In this document: positions 16,800-24,000 of the stretch, in pieces
Layout of the letters: each line of letters begins with the position of its first letter
Numbering within the stretch: the stretch's first letter is position 1
From: Leptolyngbyaceae cyanobacterium JSC-12
GTDB lineage: Bacteria; Cyanobacteriota; Cyanobacteriia; Leptolyngbyales; Leptolyngbyaceae
Assembly (NCBI GenBank): GCA_000309945.1
Contig: CM001633.1
Location: forward strand, 5,049,174-5,073,173
Direction of reading: 5' to 3'
DNA: 24,000 nt
Program-made: the position numbers and the translations under genes
The notes under the pieces: generated by a model
What the model was told of the DNA's origin: nothing
Seen by the model: only the letters and a program-made list of their open reading frames with translations
Databases searched by the model: none

Positions 16800-18416
16800 A
16801 TGGGACTCCCTTGGTATCGTGTTCATACTGTTGTCATCAATGATCCTGGACGTTTACTAGCCGTTCACCTGATGCATAATGCCCTCTGTGCAGGTTTTGC
16901 TGGATCAATGTTGTTATTTGAACTGGCATTATTTGATCCCAGTGATCCTGTACTCAACCCAATGTGGCGGCAGGGCTGTTTTCTGATGCCTTTCGTGGCG
17001 CGCCTGGGGGTAATCAATTCCTGGCAGGGTTGGAGCATTACTGGCGAAACAGTTACAGACCCAGGTTTTTGGACTTTCGAAACTGTCGCAATTGCTCACA
17101 TCATCTTTTCAGGACTGGAATTTTTGGCAGCAGTTTGGCACTGGAATTATTGGAATCTTTCCACTTTCTACGATGCAAAAACAAATGAACCCGTGCTTGA
17201 CCTACCCAAAATTTTCGGCATTCATTTATTCCTGGCAGGACTCGTCTGTTTTGGATTTGGAGCCTTTCACCTGACGGGGGTATTTGGTCCGGGAATGTGG
17301 GTTTCCGATCCTTATGGTCTCACCGGACACATGCAACCTGTTGCTCCGGAGTGGGGACCTGCTGGCTTTAATCCCTACAATCCTGGTGGAGTCGTTGCCC
17401 ATCACATTGCGGCTGGCATTGTAGGGATTATTGGCGGACTGTTCCATATCTATGTGCGCCCTTCTGAATATCTCTATAAAGGCTTACGCATGGGCAACAT
17501 CGAATCAGTACTGGCAAGTGCACTGGCAACATTCTTTTTTGCTGGGTTTGTGGCAACTGGTACGATGTGGTATGGCACTGCTACAACACCCATTGAACTT
17601 TGGGGTCCAACCCGATTCCAATGGGATGACAACTACTTCCACAACGAAATTGATCGCCGTGTTCAGGCAGGTCTTGCAGAAGGAAAAAATCTGTCTGAAG
17701 CCTGGTCAGCCATTCCAGAGAAACTTCTTTTTTACGATTATGTCGGTAATAGTCCGGCAAAAGGTGGTTTATTCAGAGTTGGACGCATGGTAGACGGTGA
17801 TGGTGTTGCTCGAGGCTGGTTAGGGCATCCCGTTTTCAAAGATCGAGAAGGACGAGAACTAACCGTGCAGCGAATGCCCAACTTCTTTGAAAATTTCCCC
17901 GTTATTTTAACGGACAAAGATGGTATTGTGCGGGCTGATATTCCTTTCCGACGGTCAGAGGCAAAATATAGCTTGGAGCAAAAGGGTGTCACAGTTAGCT
18001 TTTTTGGCGGCAAACTGGACGGACAAACTTTCACAGAACCTGCACAGGTGAAGCAATATGCTCGCCAAGCGCAATTAGGGGAACCGTTTGAATTTGATCG
18101 CACTGTTCATAACTCTGATGGCGTTTTCCGCACTAGCAACCGAGGCTTCTTTGCCTTCTTCCACGCATGCTTTGCTCTTGTCTGGTTCTTTGGCCATCTC
18201 TGGCATGGCACTCGCACTCTCTTCCGAGATGTATTTGCAGGCATCGATCCAGAACTAGACGAAGAACAAGTTGAGTGGGGCATCTATCAAAAAGTGGGCG
18301 ACAAAACCACTCGCAAACGACCAGTTTTGCAGCCAGTTGCACCAATTCAAGCTACAACATCCGCAAATTTGGGAGCGAATCCCAATCCTTCCTTACAGGA
18401 AAGCCTTGAGATGTAG
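16800..18416 (+). CDS. psbB2: Photosystem II CP47, far-red paralog (PsbB2) with extended C-terminus
   Basis: [41 protein letters not shown]... is collinear with CP47 up to ...[16 protein letters not shown] (aa 506). About 32 further residues follow ([32 protein letters not shown]). Confidence 0.95.
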   Translation: MGLPWYRVHTVVINDPGRLLAVHLMHNALCAGFAGSMLLFELALFDPSDPVLNPMWRQGCFLMPFVARLGVINSWQGWSITGETVTDPGFWTFETVAIAHIIFSGLEFLAAVWHWNYWNLSTFYDAKTNEPVLDLPKIFGIHLFLAGLVCFGFGAFHLTGVFGPGMWVSDPYGLTGHMQPVAPEWGPAGFNPYNPGGVVAHHIAAGIVGIIGGLFHIYVRPSEYLYKGLRMGNIESVLASALATFFFAGFVATGTMWYGTATTPIELWGPTRFQWDDNYFHNEIDRRVQAGLAEGKNLSEAWSAIPEKLLFYDYVGNSPAKGGLFRVGRMVDGDGVARGWLGHPVFKDREGRELTVQRMPNFFENFPVILTDKDGIVRADIPFRRSEAKYSLEQKGVTVSFFGGKLDGQTFTEPAQVKQYARQAQLGEPFEFDRTVHNSDGVFRTSNRGFFAFFHACFALVWFFGHLWHGTRTLFRDVFAGIDPELDEEQVEWGIYQKVGDKTTRKRPVLQPVAPIQATTSANLGANPNPSLQESLEM

Positions 18417-18433
18417 CTTCTGTGTATAGGGAC

Positions 18434-18457
18434 AGGGACGTTAACACTAACGTCCCT
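18434..18457 (+). other. Perfect 10-bp stem-loop between psbB2 and psbH2
   Basis: AGGGACGTTA, loop ACAC, then TAACGTCCCT. It starts 18 nt after the psbB2 stop. No U-tract follows, so it may be a processing or stability element. Its right arm is identical to the right arm of the terminator at 7342-7351. Confidence 0.6.
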
Positions 18458-18480
18458 ACGATAAAAATTTGGAGGATTAC

Positions 18481-18849
18481 ATGGAAATCAAATATCCACC
18501 TAAAAAGGTTGCTCCAATTCAATACACCTTGCGGCAACTTAATTCCGAAGCAGGAAAGGTAACTCGTGGATGGGGAACAACTCCCTTCATGGCATTACTG
18601 ATGCTACTATTCTTCCTGTTTCTGCTAATTATTTTGCAAATCTATAATGCATCAATATTATTGCAAGGTGTTGATATTGACTGGTCAGTACTGAATAACT
18701 ATCCAACTCCAGTTGAAACTCACTCATACGGTGAAGGGGAGTTTTCAGCTACAGGTTTTAGTGTATTTCTAGGTCTGTTAGCATTCAGTCTAGGATGTGT
18801 TGGCTTTATTCTATATGGTGCAACAACGTATCCAAAAGACCAGGAATAA
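18481..18849 (+). CDS. psbH2: Photosystem II PsbH, far-red paralog (PsbH2) with a 52-aa C-terminal extension containing a second hydrophobic helix
   Basis: aa 1-70 match PsbH ([52 protein letters not shown]). aa 71-122 are extra, including [23 protein letters not shown]. The ATG at 18481 has a GGAGGA SD (18471-18476). The TTG at 18469 in the ORF track is rejected. Confidence 0.8.
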   Translation: MEIKYPPKKVAPIQYTLRQLNSEAGKVTRGWGTTPFMALLMLLFFLFLLIILQIYNASILLQGVDIDWSVLNNYPTPVETHSYGEGEFSATGFSVFLGLLAFSLGCVGFILYGATTYPKDQE

Positions 18850-18938
18850 AGCCTACTAATATCAACTCACCTGATTTGAGCACACAAATTTTGAGTACTC
18901 AATTTTTGAATACGCATTGAAGCAATAGGATTATACCC

Positions 18939-19418
18939 ATGAAAAGACTGTGTATGCTGGTTTTAGCGATCGCGCTTGTCTGTAGTCTGACATTTCCCGC
19001 CACAGCGAATGCTGGCGTGCTAGTTCCCTGCAAAGAATCCAAACTGTTTCTAGAACGACAAAACTCTGCACCTGATACATATTACTTTAACCAACCTTAC
19101 AAAGCTTACTCAGAATATCTTTTGTGTGGTGAAGATGGGCTACCCCATCTGCCCCTACGGTTTGACCGTGCCGTAGATATTGCCATTCCATTTGGTTTAT
19201 TCTTCTACATTGCTGGCTTTATTGGTTGGAGTGGTCGCGCCTATCTCCTGGCAGCCCAAAACTCTAGTTCACCTGAAGAAAAGGAAATTTTCATCGATAT
19301 TCCTCTGGCAATTCAGTCTTTAATCAAAGGACTGCTTTGGCCACTGTTATTTCTGCAAGAGCTGACCACAGGACGATTAACTGCAAAAGATCAGGAAATT
19401 TACGTTTCTCCTCGCTAA
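18939..19418 (+). CDS. psaF2: Photosystem I subunit III, far-red paralog (PsaF2)
   Basis: The signal peptide MKRLCMLVLAIALVCSLTFPATANA is followed by VLVPCKES...LLCGEDGLPHL...GWSGRAYLLAAQNSSSPEEKEIFIDIPLAI...LTAKDQEIYVSPR, which are typical PsaF motifs. Confidence 0.9.
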   Translation: MKRLCMLVLAIALVCSLTFPATANAGVLVPCKESKLFLERQNSAPDTYYFNQPYKAYSEYLLCGEDGLPHLPLRFDRAVDIAIPFGLFFYIAGFIGWSGRAYLLAAQNSSSPEEKEIFIDIPLAIQSLIKGLLWPLLFLQELTTGRLTAKDQEIYVSPR

Positions 19419-19498
19419 GTACAGAACCATTCCATTTGCTATTTCCACACCAGCAACCAATTCACAATCACCTATTGAGATTTTTGGGAGAGATTCTA

Positions 19499-19639
19499 AT
19501 GACTCACTTCACCAAATATTTGACCAGTGCCCCTATTGTTGCCATCTTGACTCTGGTTTTGCTCGCCACCTTATTAATAGAGTTAAACTATTTATTCCCA
19601 GGATTGCAATACGGTACCTATTTCAAGCCAGCTTTTTAA
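19499..19639 (+). CDS. psaJ2: Photosystem I subunit IX, far-red paralog (PsaJ2)
   Basis: The 46-aa product MTHFTKYLTSAPIVAILTLVLLATLLIELNYLFPGLQY... matches the PsaJ pattern (M.HF..YLS.APV......IE.NR.FP). A GGGAGAG SD lies at 19485-19491. The longer 100-aa ORF overlaps psaF2 and is rejected. Confidence 0.8.
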   Translation: MTHFTKYLTSAPIVAILTLVLLATLLIELNYLFPGLQYGTYFKPAF

Positions 19640-19678
19640 GTCCTACACTACAAAAAGCGGCTTCATTACCTTGCAACA

Positions 19679-20380
19679 CTAGTCAGCATAGTCTGGGTTC
19701 AGGCGATAGTTCCCTCCTGGCAAAGTCTGAATCACATTCTCACAACCTAAATCTAAAAGTTTGCGACGGAGCCGTCGAATTTGTGCAGCCACCACGTTAC
19801 TAGTTCGCTCAGCTTTTACTTCATAGAGGTAGTTTAAGATCTGTCCGTGGCTGGCTGCTTTATACGGATGTTTCATAAAGTATTCCAGTAACTGAAACTC
19901 CTTTTTACTAAGCTGAACGCTACGTTGTCCACATTTAACCGATTGCCAAAAAAGTGTTTGACTGTCACAGTCTAATGTTAAATTACCAAATCGTAGCTGT
20001 AGAGATTGAAATTGGGGAAAGCGACGCCGCAGTGCCCGCAATCGTGCCAATAGTTCCTCTCGTCGAAATGGTTTCATCAAATAATCATCAGCACCAGCAT
20101 CCAAACTTAAAACTCCATCTTCCCAGCGATCAGGCTTAACTAATATTAGCACCAGCAAAGAACTCTGTTGATTGCGTAAGCGTTTGCATAATTCTAATCC
20201 TGTTAGACCTGGCAACTCCCAATTCAAGATTGACAGTATATACTGATTATATTGACTATCTAAATAATTCCAGGCTGAAACTCCATCTTGTACCCAATCA
20301 ACAATATATTTCTCCTGAAGCAGATCTCGATAAATAGATATTCCCAAATCTAGCTCATTTTCAGCAAACAAAATTTTCAT
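19679..20380 (-). CDS. OmpR/PhoB-family winged-helix response regulator with a degenerate (non-phosphorylatable-looking) receiver domain
   Basis: 233 aa. The receiver fold is kept (ILFAENE..., ...DDYLMKPF with the conserved Lys). The phospho-acceptor position reads LNWELPG where the family has LDxxLPG: Asn53, codon at 20222-20224. The acidic pair reads E-N (Asn8), and the Thr/Ser position is hydrophobic (LILVKPD). The C-terminus is a trans_reg_C wHTH (LSKKEFQLLEYFMKHP...AAQIRRLRRKL...YRL). Confidence 0.85.
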   Translation of the reverse strand: MKILFAENELDLGISIYRDLLQEKYIVDWVQDGVSAWNYLDSQYNQYILSILNWELPGLTGLELCKRLRNQQSSLLVLILVKPDRWEDGVLSLDAGADDYLMKPFRREELLARLRALRRRFPQFQSLQLRFGNLTLDCDSQTLFWQSVKCGQRSVQLSKKEFQLLEYFMKHPYKAASHGQILNYLYEVKAERTSNVVAAQIRRLRRKLLDLGCENVIQTLPGGNYRLNPDYAD

Positions 20381-20453
20381 CGCAAATAGTGATTATCTAA
20401 GAAATGCCAACGCTGTGATCGCATGAATGCTGATCTCCAGCTTCACAGTTCAC

Positions 20454-20475
20454 GATGAGATTAAGATGAGATTAG
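20454..20475. repeat. Tandem 11-mer x2 (GATGAGATTAA/GATGAGATTAG) upstream of the response-regulator gene
   Basis: The two units are exactly adjacent and differ only at the last base. They lie 74-95 nt upstream of the minus-strand start at 20380. Confidence 0.6.
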
Positions 20476-20730
20476 GGTTAATCTTTGATATTCCTCTGTA
20501 TCAGAAAAGCTCAATAAAGTTCTTCCAACTCAGGATGTGAGTGAGACCAATGTTACTTTATAAAAGATCACTGGTTCTTCTTAGATTGTTGAAAGAACTC
20601 TATTGAGTGTCTACTAAAATCATAAAATCTCTGGATGAAGTTAGGATGAAAAACATAGCCAGGGTTACTTACTCACTATCTACTTAGATACTTCCTGAAT
20701 TGACTAATCATCACTATATTTGGCTTCATG

Positions 20731-20758
20731 AAAAAAGGCGGCCTATTAAGTACCGCCT
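20731..20758 (-). terminator. Putative rho-independent terminator of the porin gene (minus strand)
   Basis: On the minus strand the sequence reads AGGCGG, an 11-nt loop, CCGCCT, then TTTTTT. It lies about 90 nt downstream of the stop at 20846. Confidence 0.5.
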
Positions 20759-20845
20759 AAGATTAACGGAGGTGTGAGAAGATTTCGATGCTAACCACAC
20801 AAATGAAGGCTAGTTCAAAGAATTAAGGGAATTGATCTGGGGTTC

Positions 20846-22645
20846 TTAGAATGTAAAGGTAGTCCGAACTACACCAACAAACTGAGTATTATTCGCGCTA
20901 TTCCCTTCAGGGTTGAATAATACGAATACTCCGGGCGTAATAGCAATGTTGTCATTCACCCGGTAGCGGTAGAACGCTTCAAGATGGAAGGGTGGATCTT
21001 CATCCAGACGACGGCGCACGTTCGGGTTGGGTAAGCCACGATTGGGACCAGTGGCGAAGCGAGCACGAAAATCGTTATCCACTACGCGAGGTTGCATCCC
21101 AAACAATAGTCCCAATAGATTACCTTTGCGTCCTAAGTCGGGGAAGCCCAAGAAACCAGCCCAGTTAACGATTCGTGCTTCTTCGCTGGTACGTCGATTG
21201 TTGGCAAAGCTGTAGCCGTACCAACCTCCTATCGTAATGGCAGGAGTTAAGCGCCATTGAACTTGGGCAGAAAGGTTATCAGTAGCTGTTGCCTCGCCAC
21301 CGAAAGGATTGGCGGCGTAGCCTGTGCCAGTACTGCCGAAGAGGTTTGGAGCACCTTGATTGAAAACGGTTGAACTGCCTGGGAAATAGGAGCGAACGTA
21401 GGTGAAGCCAATATCAAAGGTGCGAGAAGGGCGAAAGACAATTTGCCCAACGGCAGCATAGTTGCCGTTGAACAGCCCATTCTTCTCTCCCGGATCGTTT
21501 GCATTCACATCAGAGAAATAACCACCCTGCAAGCTGAATTGGGGGCTAAAACGGTAGTCAAACGAAATTCCTGGAGAACTCGTAAATCCCTGGTTGTTAG
21601 CGCGGAAGATTGGATTAAACCGTCCAAAGCGAGAAACAGATCCAAAGCCACTGCTTTCAAATGCGCTGAGGGGTTCGATGAGAGAACTGTAAATTCGACT
21701 TTGAACTGCGTCAACCTGGATGCGGAGATTTTGTCCGAGAGGAAACCGATAATAAAGGTGGTCAACGTTGACGGCATTTGATTCGTTGCCATCGAAGCTT
21801 AGTCGGGTTTCATTAGTACCTGTAAAGTTGCCGCTGAAAGGGGTAACATTGCGTGCTTGCAGCCGCACTCGAAGCCGATCTCTTCCTGTAAAACTGGAAT
21901 CAAGCGCAAGACGAACGCGATTACCGAAGATAGTTTCAGTACGATCGTCTTCTAGGTTGCCTCGGTTGTTGGCGTTGACCCCGCCTAGAAAGCTGTCATT
22001 GCCAGTAAAAATGGCACGATCGCCAAAGGTATCAGCAACCGCAAAAATGACTTCACCGCTTAGTTTCGTCGTTGTGGAGAATTGCTGCTTTTCTAGGGTT
22101 GCTGTGCGAACCTCCAGCGCTTCAACCCGACCTCGCAATGCTGAGAGTTCAGCCGCAAACTCCTCCTGTAAGCGCTTTACGACCTCCAAATCTTCTTTTC
22201 TAACAAAATCAGCCGTGGCAGCCGCGATCAATTCCTGAATTTTGTCTAAGCAAGCATTGAGTCCAGCGGCGAACTCGTAGCGAGTGAGGGCACGATTTCC
22301 CCGGTAAGTTTTGTCGGGATAGCCCACGATGCAACCATAGCGTTCAACCAACGACTGTAAGGCTTGAAATGCCCAATCTGTTGGGTTGACATCCGAGAAT
22401 TGAGAAACTGAGGTTACTTGATTCATTGCTCCATTTTTGCCCTCAGCGCTGTAGCTGCTAACTTGTTGTAAAGTTGCACTACTTTCTGAAACACTGGCTT
22501 GCTCCAACGTCAGAGCTTTAGGTTTAGCTGCTGCGTTAAGACCCATTTGCTTGGGTGCTGAATCTGCGATCGCGGATTCAGAAAGTACCAGCACCATCAT
22601 CAAAAATGCTGGAGCACTCCAGCCAAGATCTCTCAGTAAACGCAT
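20846..22645 (-). CDS. Outer-membrane porin with N-terminal SLH domain, coiled coil and OprB-type beta-barrel (cyanobacterial SomA/Slr1841-like)
   Basis: It has a signal peptide (…LVLSESAIA) and an SLH motif (FSDVNPTDWAFQALQSLVERYGCIVGYPDKTYRGNRALTRYEFAAGLNACL). A heptad-rich segment follows (EDLEVVKRLQEEFAAELSALRGRVEALE). The remainder is Gly/Asn/aromatic-rich with alternating beta-strand pattern and ends ...VVRTTFTF with a C-terminal Phe. Confidence 0.85.
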   Translation of the reverse strand: MRLLRDLGWSAPAFLMMVLVLSESAIADSAPKQMGLNAAAKPKALTLEQASVSESSATLQQVSSYSAEGKNGAMNQVTSVSQFSDVNPTDWAFQALQSLVERYGCIVGYPDKTYRGNRALTRYEFAAGLNACLDKIQELIAAATADFVRKEDLEVVKRLQEEFAAELSALRGRVEALEVRTATLEKQQFSTTTKLSGEVIFAVADTFGDRAIFTGNDSFLGGVNANNRGNLEDDRTETIFGNRVRLALDSSFTGRDRLRVRLQARNVTPFSGNFTGTNETRLSFDGNESNAVNVDHLYYRFPLGQNLRIQVDAVQSRIYSSLIEPLSAFESSGFGSVSRFGRFNPIFRANNQGFTSSPGISFDYRFSPQFSLQGGYFSDVNANDPGEKNGLFNGNYAAVGQIVFRPSRTFDIGFTYVRSYFPGSSTVFNQGAPNLFGSTGTGYAANPFGGEATATDNLSAQVQWRLTPAITIGGWYGYSFANNRRTSEEARIVNWAGFLGFPDLGRKGNLLGLLFGMQPRVVDNDFRARFATGPNRGLPNPNVRRRLDEDPPFHLEAFYRYRVNDNIAITPGVFVLFNPEGNSANNTQFVGVVRTTFTF

Positions 22646-23415
22646 TTTTCATCCTCACACTCAATAATGAAGAACAGAGCATCCGTACTGCTAATTGAGT
22701 TACAATTCTGCTAGAACGCTCCTATTTAGAGCTTGACAGGATGAAGTGAAATCCCGATGACAATCGTTGATAGAAGTTTAACGTCTGATTAATTCAACAC
22801 AAACTCAAGCTTAAGAGAGCGATCGCAGATCGCGAATGTACACAGTTTTGAGGAATTAGCCGCCTAAAAAACTTTTTTATCGATGAACCATTAATCAGAG
22901 GCTTGTACACAGGTATCAATCAGGGCTTCCCAAATTTTCCCCGAATCTAAACTGTCTGTTTTGCAATGGCAACGAACCGAAACTGACAGTCCTTTCCGAT
23001 ACAGATGGTGGCACCGCTCTATTTCTTCGCTTTCAGGGAACTGAAGTCACCAGTACAATCTTGTTACACTCTTAAATTCAACCCCTCAGTTTAGGTTCTA
23101 AATCACCTCCAGTTCAAAAACCAGAGATTTTTCTAAGGAAAAACAAACAGATTTGGAGGTGAATAAGGTTTAATTCAATTTGGCATTCTCAAAGAAAACG
23201 CTATAACACCTTGAACAATCATTGCACTGTGTTCTTTCCAGCATAGTGGAACAGTTGTGTTTAACAATAGCTCTAAAAAACGATTGTAATCATTTTTAAA
23301 GGCTAAATATTAATCCCTCACAAGTTCCTCATAAGTTCCTTAAAATGTTTTGTTAATCTAATAAGTAAGAGGAGGAGTCAGAGAGAGGAGGTGTAAACCT
23401 GAGGGGGCGATTAGC

Positions 23416-23772
23416 ATGACAAAATCAATTATCAATTTAACGTTGCCATTGGTGGTTGCAGAGATTGAGCAAGTTTTAGGAGGCTATCCTCACTACCCTT
23501 ATCAACAAGCTTTTGCCAATCCTGACCTGCGCCAAGAACTCATTGCTTACGTTCTGACACATATCCGCAGCGTTTATGTAGCAATTGATGAAGGAAAGCA
23601 ACAAATTGACAAGCTAAGACCGGGATCTGACTTAGGGGAAACCCAATCGTGTCTAGAGTCTTTTGTTCATCAAGGAATTAACTCCATTCTGCAACAGCAT
23701 CAAGCAATGGCAGATTTTCAAGTACCTAAAGAAAATGATGGATACTTAGCTGCTTCTCACTGGTTTGGCTAA
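23416..23772 (+). CDS. Hypothetical protein, possibly ComFB-like fold (118 aa)
   Basis: A GAGGGGG SD lies upstream. The N-terminal pattern NLTLPLVVAEIEQVL...NPDLRQELIAYVLTHIRSVYVAIDEG resembles cyanobacterial ComFB-family proteins. This assignment is from memory only. The gene ends 15 nt before the next gene. Confidence 0.5.
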   Translation: MTKSIINLTLPLVVAEIEQVLGGYPHYPYQQAFANPDLRQELIAYVLTHIRSVYVAIDEGKQQIDKLRPGSDLGETQSCLESFVHQGINSILQQHQAMADFQVPKENDGYLAASHWFG

Positions 23773-23787
23773 ATGCAGGAGGCTAAA

Positions 23788-24000
23788 ATGCATCGCTTCG
23801 ATTATGTGATTTTAGGGGCTGGACTGGGTGGACTTTCCACTGCTGCTTGCTTAGCTCGGCAGGGGCATAGGGTTATTGTTTTAGAAAGACACTACTTACC
23901 CGGTGGCTGTTGTCATACCTTTGATTACGGAGAGTACCGCTTCTGTGCAGATGTTCACTATATCTCTCAGTGCGGTCCTGGTGAAACGATTGACCAATTT
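23788..24000 (+). CDS. NAD(P)/FAD-dependent oxidoreductase, phytoene-desaturase/CrtI-like family (N-terminal 71 aa; continues beyond the window)
   Basis: MHRFDYVILGAGLGGLSTAACLARQGHRVIVLERHYLPGGCCHTF is a Rossmann dinucleotide-binding GxGxxG...E motif followed by the PGG of the amine-oxidase/CrtI family. An AGGAGG SD lies upstream. Confidence 0.7.
   Translation, partial: MHRFDYVILGAGLGGLSTAACLARQGHRVIVLERHYLPGGCCHTFDYGEYRFCADVHYISQCGPGETIDQF

Noticed and set aside
17431-18103. 120-aa (+) and 121-aa (-) ORFs inside psbB2, and the 156-, 112-, 95- and 85-aa ORFs inside or antisense to the porin gene (21027-22238)
   Set aside because: They are out-of-frame or antisense overlaps of confidently assigned genes. 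Their Ser/Arg/Pro-rich translations are characteristic of non-coding frames.
19337-19639. 100-aa ORF reported by the ORF track
   Set aside because: Only the last 46 codons (from the ATG at 19499, with an SD) resemble PsaJ. The upstream part overlaps the psaF2 3' end in another frame.
19679-20380. Possibility that the response regulator is RfpB or RfpC
   Set aside because: As described, RfpB has two CheY receiver domains flanking the winged-helix domain, and RfpC is a stand-alone CheY. This protein has a single N-terminal (degenerate) receiver plus a C-terminal wHTH, and no rfpA phytochrome gene is adjacent.
20846-22645. Porin as part of the far-red system
   Set aside because: SLH-OprB porins are common housekeeping outer-membrane proteins in cyanobacteria. 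This one is on the opposite strand, is separated by a regulator and a 465-bp spacer, and has its own terminator. Nothing in the sequence links it to FaRLiP.

Overview
This window is cyanobacterial DNA. HIP1 palindromes (GCGATCGC) occur at 354-361, 1989-1996, 3551-3558 and 4316-4323, and there are STRR-type heptamer repeats. Bases 1-19639 hold a single-strand (+) far-red light photoacclimation (FaRLiP) cluster of paralogous photosystem and phycobilisome-core genes. The order is psbA(FR-D1, 5'-truncated by the window edge), psaA2-psaB2-psaL2-psaI2, a cysteine-free ApcF-like gene, chlF (super-rogue psbA4), apcD5-apcB2-apcD2-apcE2, a small ORF, apcD3-psbD3-psbC2, a 124-aa Cys-rich membrane ORF, then psbB2-psbH2-psaF2-psaJ2. 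No rfpA/B/C genes lie in the window. Downstream are a convergent OmpR-family response regulator with a degenerate receiver (minus strand), an SLH/OprB-type outer-membrane porin (minus strand), a 770-bp ORF-free region, a small ComFB-like ORF and the 5' end of an FAD-dependent oxidoreductase. FaRLiP is an established system, so the points worth a second look are the departures from the canonical gene set and the non-coding signals. (1) A sixth phycobiliprotein gene, an ApcF-type beta subunit with no cysteine, sits at the end of the PSI operon. (2) A 23-nt identical element plus about 45 nt of further similarity lies upstream of both psaA2 and chlF and is a candidate FRL-responsive promoter module. 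(3) PsbH2 carries a 52-aa C-terminal extension predicted to add a second transmembrane helix. (4) A 4-Cys membrane ORF lies between psbC2 and psbB2. (5) A small ORF fills the apcE2-apcD3 gap with ATGA coupling. (6) The adjacent response regulator has Asn at the phospho-acceptor position, and a tandem 11-mer lies upstream of it. All calls rest on reading the translations and sequence against remembered family motifs; no database search was run. Paralog numbers (apcD2/D3/D5, psbA3) are assigned by synteny from memory and are less certain than the family calls.
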